Positions 62,501-64,000 of a stretch of 64,000 nucleotides of DNA are shown in pieces. Each line of letters opens with the position of its first letter. Positions within the stretch are counted from its first letter, which is position 1. Both the position numbers and the translations under genes were made by a program. This stretch comes from a virus. The DNA is taken from positions 1-64,000 of the IMG/VR virus record IMGVR_UViG_3300047472_000191. One strand, 5' to 3'. The notes beneath the pieces are model-generated. The model saw only the letters and a program-made list of their open reading frames with translations. It made no database searches and was not told the DNA's origin.

Positions 62501-64000
62501 ACGCCATCACCGAGCACAAGAACAGCATCGGCAGCGACTTCCAGAAGCTGTACAACAAGCTCCCGGAGTCCTCGAAGATCAGTACTGCGGCGCCGGAGGC
62601 CCCCGAACCGCACGTACCTACAGGTGCAACGGCAGACACGAAGAAGAACGCGCTGGAAGCCATCCAGACGTACGCGGTGTCCGGGAACGGCCAGCCGCTG
62701 ACCCCGTGGATGACGCAGATGGCCAAGGAAGCCGGGCTGACCGACGCCGAAATCCACCAGGCGTTCAAGGACGGCCCGAAGGATATAGCGCTCCAGGAGG
62801 TCGCGAAGCAGGCCGCCAACGGCACCTTGCTGAACAGCGGCGCGATCACCAAGGCCAAGGACGCCGGTGCGAGCCTCAAGGAAATCCACGAGGTCATACA
62901 GGCCGCCAAGAATCCTGCCCCGGCCTCCGGCAACAGCGGACTGTCCAAGAAGGAGCAGGCCCTCAAGGCGCTCGCGGAGCACGAGCAGAGCGATGGAGAC
63001 ATCGCCAAGGGCGGCCAGCTGGAGAAGGCTGCTGTGGCGGCGGGGGCGTCTCAGCAGGAACTGGTGCAGGCGGCGCACCACCCCGAGACGTACCTGAAGT
63101 CCCTTGAGGGCAAAACGGGTTCCGCTGCTCCGGCGACGGCCCCGGAGCCGTCGGGTCTGTCCGCGAAGCAGGAGGCCTTGAAAAAGGTTGCCGAATTTTC
63201 GAGCAACCCGCCCGAGGACTGGACCGTGATGAAGTTCCAGGAAGTCCAGAAGGCAGCGAAAGCGGCAGGGGCTTCCCCCGCCGAGGTGCAGGAAGCTAAG
63301 TACACCCCGGAGAAGTTCCTCAAGAGTCTTCCGGCCGCCGCGCCGTCCGTCGCCGCTCCGTCGGCCCCTGCGGCAGTCGCCCCTGCGGCTCCCAGCGCCC
63401 CGGCAGGCCCGAAGGTCGACCCGTTCAAGCCGCAGGCCAAATGGACCAAGGGCGTTGCGGGACTCAAGATGCCGTCCGGCGAAACGCAGGAAACCGACGT
63501 CGTCGCCGGTCCGAAGGGGCTCGTCGTCCACAAGACGACCAATGGCCCCGGCTGGACCGTGTCCTCTTCCGACGGCCTCTCCCTGGGCAACAAGTTCAAG
63601 ACCCAGAAGGAAGCCAAGCTCGCCGCCGAGTGGATGGCGAAGAACCACGGCGCCACCGGGGCGATCACGCTCGACAACCACAAGGCGTGGGGGGCGTCTC
63701 ACCCGGAGGAGCTGACCAAGTTCAAGCAGGGGGTCGTCAACAGCCAGTGGAACAAGGACGCCCAGGCGACGCTGGACGCGCACAACGGCATGGCCCCTGC
63801 TGGAACTGCTGCTCCGGCCGCGATGACCGCTAAGGAGGACGCGCTCAAGAAGCTGGCAGAACACAACCTGCCGGAAAACGGCGACGACTGGGATTACGAC
63901 AAGAACGCGGACCTGAAGGACTCCGCATCTGCTGCGGGCGCCAGCCCGGCCGAGATCGCCTCTGCGGCAGGAAAGCCGAAGACGTACATCAAGTCCCTGG
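59554..64000 (+). CDS. Giant (>1480 aa, 3'-truncated) Ala/His/Lys-rich protein with HipA/PI4K-like kinase domain
   Basis: Frame-1 ORF from GTG 59554 (GTGA overlap with the HNH stop) with no stop seen to the window end; not in the ORF track; 'DFATGNQDTHSGQW...QIDQAQAF' at ~62119-62211. Confidence 0.85.
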   Translation, partial: MTPDYSQEYELVFVEVLPPGYTVVDPSAIDPSAIELSNNPAGALAFRYKHGWHLINPLIPSRGLSGGGLARQHGHLSGGYTTGHFHKGADGKVHFKAANRYADKADWEKEVKAGAAGVAAKQEAAKAAVQKAEDATSLTEKLAGEKAPKAAQAAAHAAAAAAHQDAVKQFQAMGQDGLKSGVLTHSAHSAIHASKADQLGSAAKAEKAQKLIQRKELATGLSKKANNLSFSSHGSTALPKDKAALHQKAAAAHTAAQKAHELAGNPNTAETHGMAAAKHETLAAHQLEKHKQLEHGAGVKSNKAVTASKSAHIAGEEGDSLPSQIAAHQHAAQAHGEASAAHNSLGNIKAAQDHLTSKMAHNGHAAQLKEKHAKHEAATAEHNQLKGAANAAYQKAIGMPEGTVFEKTAKADALKEASEKTGAAIQHGAKHGLPDDQLITAKHEQLTDFAKQLTGEVEQEHKATAKLNQAAFDATDKAKAASLDAQVSGALADHWAAHDAHQAAAEAGQAAGHGADIQQFHAKQKEAHLDKIAKIQEEQDAAKKAAAEAKKAAQLKAIDMSDAAKAASLDAENTPHGKTLVGKHLDAAAAHLDAADAAKDASGGAKLVEHHTAMAKEHTATAKKVSADVSKADQTAGDHFNKGDDAETTGDHSAAVQHYKKAAEEADKAGNITLKANALHSVANITGTKEDHKAAGKAALKVQIAENKKAKPSEFIQNKYENMAEEHLAAIDAGSTAPKASEAPAQAEGKVLKPVGKLTGTGKQLGSHANEVLVDEAGNQWLKKADAKGYSRVLDPALASLQRKVGIETPVFVKTKEGHLQGMIPGAADAFPGGKFDPEKLSPEDVTKMLQHQVLDFATGNQDTHSGQWLRNPDGSLTQIDQAQAFKFGVGKGSGGYGKGDPTTTYPPNHPDTEVYPKLWAAAQAGKIEIPDPSGDNEFAKTIQAIQDMPDEQFKALFKPYATQVVANGGNPGGHATVDEFLNAITEHKNSIGSDFQKLYNKLPESSKISTAAPEAPEPHVPTGATADTKKNALEAIQTYAVSGNGQPLTPWMTQMAKEAGLTDAEIHQAFKDGPKDIALQEVAKQAANGTLLNSGAITKAKDAGASLKEIHEVIQAAKNPAPASGNSGLSKKEQALKALAEHEQSDGDIAKGGQLEKAAVAAGASQQELVQAAHHPETYLKSLEGKTGSAAPATAPEPSGLSAKQEALKKVAEFSSNPPEDWTVMKFQEVQKAAKAAGASPAEVQEAKYTPEKFLKSLPAAAPSVAAPSAPAAVAPAAPSAPAGPKVDPFKPQAKWTKGVAGLKMPSGETQETDVVAGPKGLVVHKTTNGPGWTVSSSDGLSLGNKFKTQKEAKLAAEWMAKNHGATGAITLDNHKAWGASHPEELTKFKQGVVNSQWNKDAQATLDAHNGMAPAGTAAPAAMTAKEDALKKLAEHNLPENGDDWDYDKNADLKDSASAAGASPAEIASAAGKPKTYIKSL

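Larger units (their letters stand above)
1..64000. mobile_element. Actinobacteriophage (probably Streptomyces) genome segment, likely a temperate phage-plasmid
   Basis: Terminase, portal, MuF-like and endolysin genes occur with ParA, ParB-like, Cre-like recombinase and dense small ORFs; high GC; no host housekeeping genes. Confidence 0.9.

Noticed and set aside
59713-63864. Long minus-strand ORFs (811 aa and 571 aa)
   Set aside because: Antisense shadows of the frame-1 giant ORF, typical of high-GC DNA

Overview
GC-rich actinobacterial (most likely Streptomyces) phage DNA, probably a large temperate phage-plasmid. About 1-50 kb is an early/accessory region of ~100 mostly small ORFs in alternating strand blocks. 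It includes a Cre-like tyrosine recombinase, ParA plus a partner gene, a ParB-like protein, a primase-polymerase, ArdC-like, TerD, RyR, HAD, NlpC/P60, dCMP deaminase, ADP-ribosylglycohydrolase and Acb2/Tad1-like genes, and a GH25+CHAP endolysin. About 50.5-64 kb is the start of the packaging/head module: phosphoesterase, terminase, portal, MuF-like protein, a 658-aa Ala/Lys-rich protein, an HNH gene and a >1480-aa ORF that runs off the window and is absent from the ORF track. The strongest signal is a motif, (TGC)TAGGGT-AGATA(C/T), found ~43 times by eye in 0.4-50.4 kb and not seen in the head genes. It looks like a combined -10 promoter and operator, it usually sits between a terminator hairpin and a conserved leader, and five copies appear to drive leaderless genes. 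The giant ORF carries a HipA/PI4K-like kinase motif set and shares a putative processing/targeting motif with the 658-aa protein. All family assignments come from motif recognition by eye; no database searches were run.
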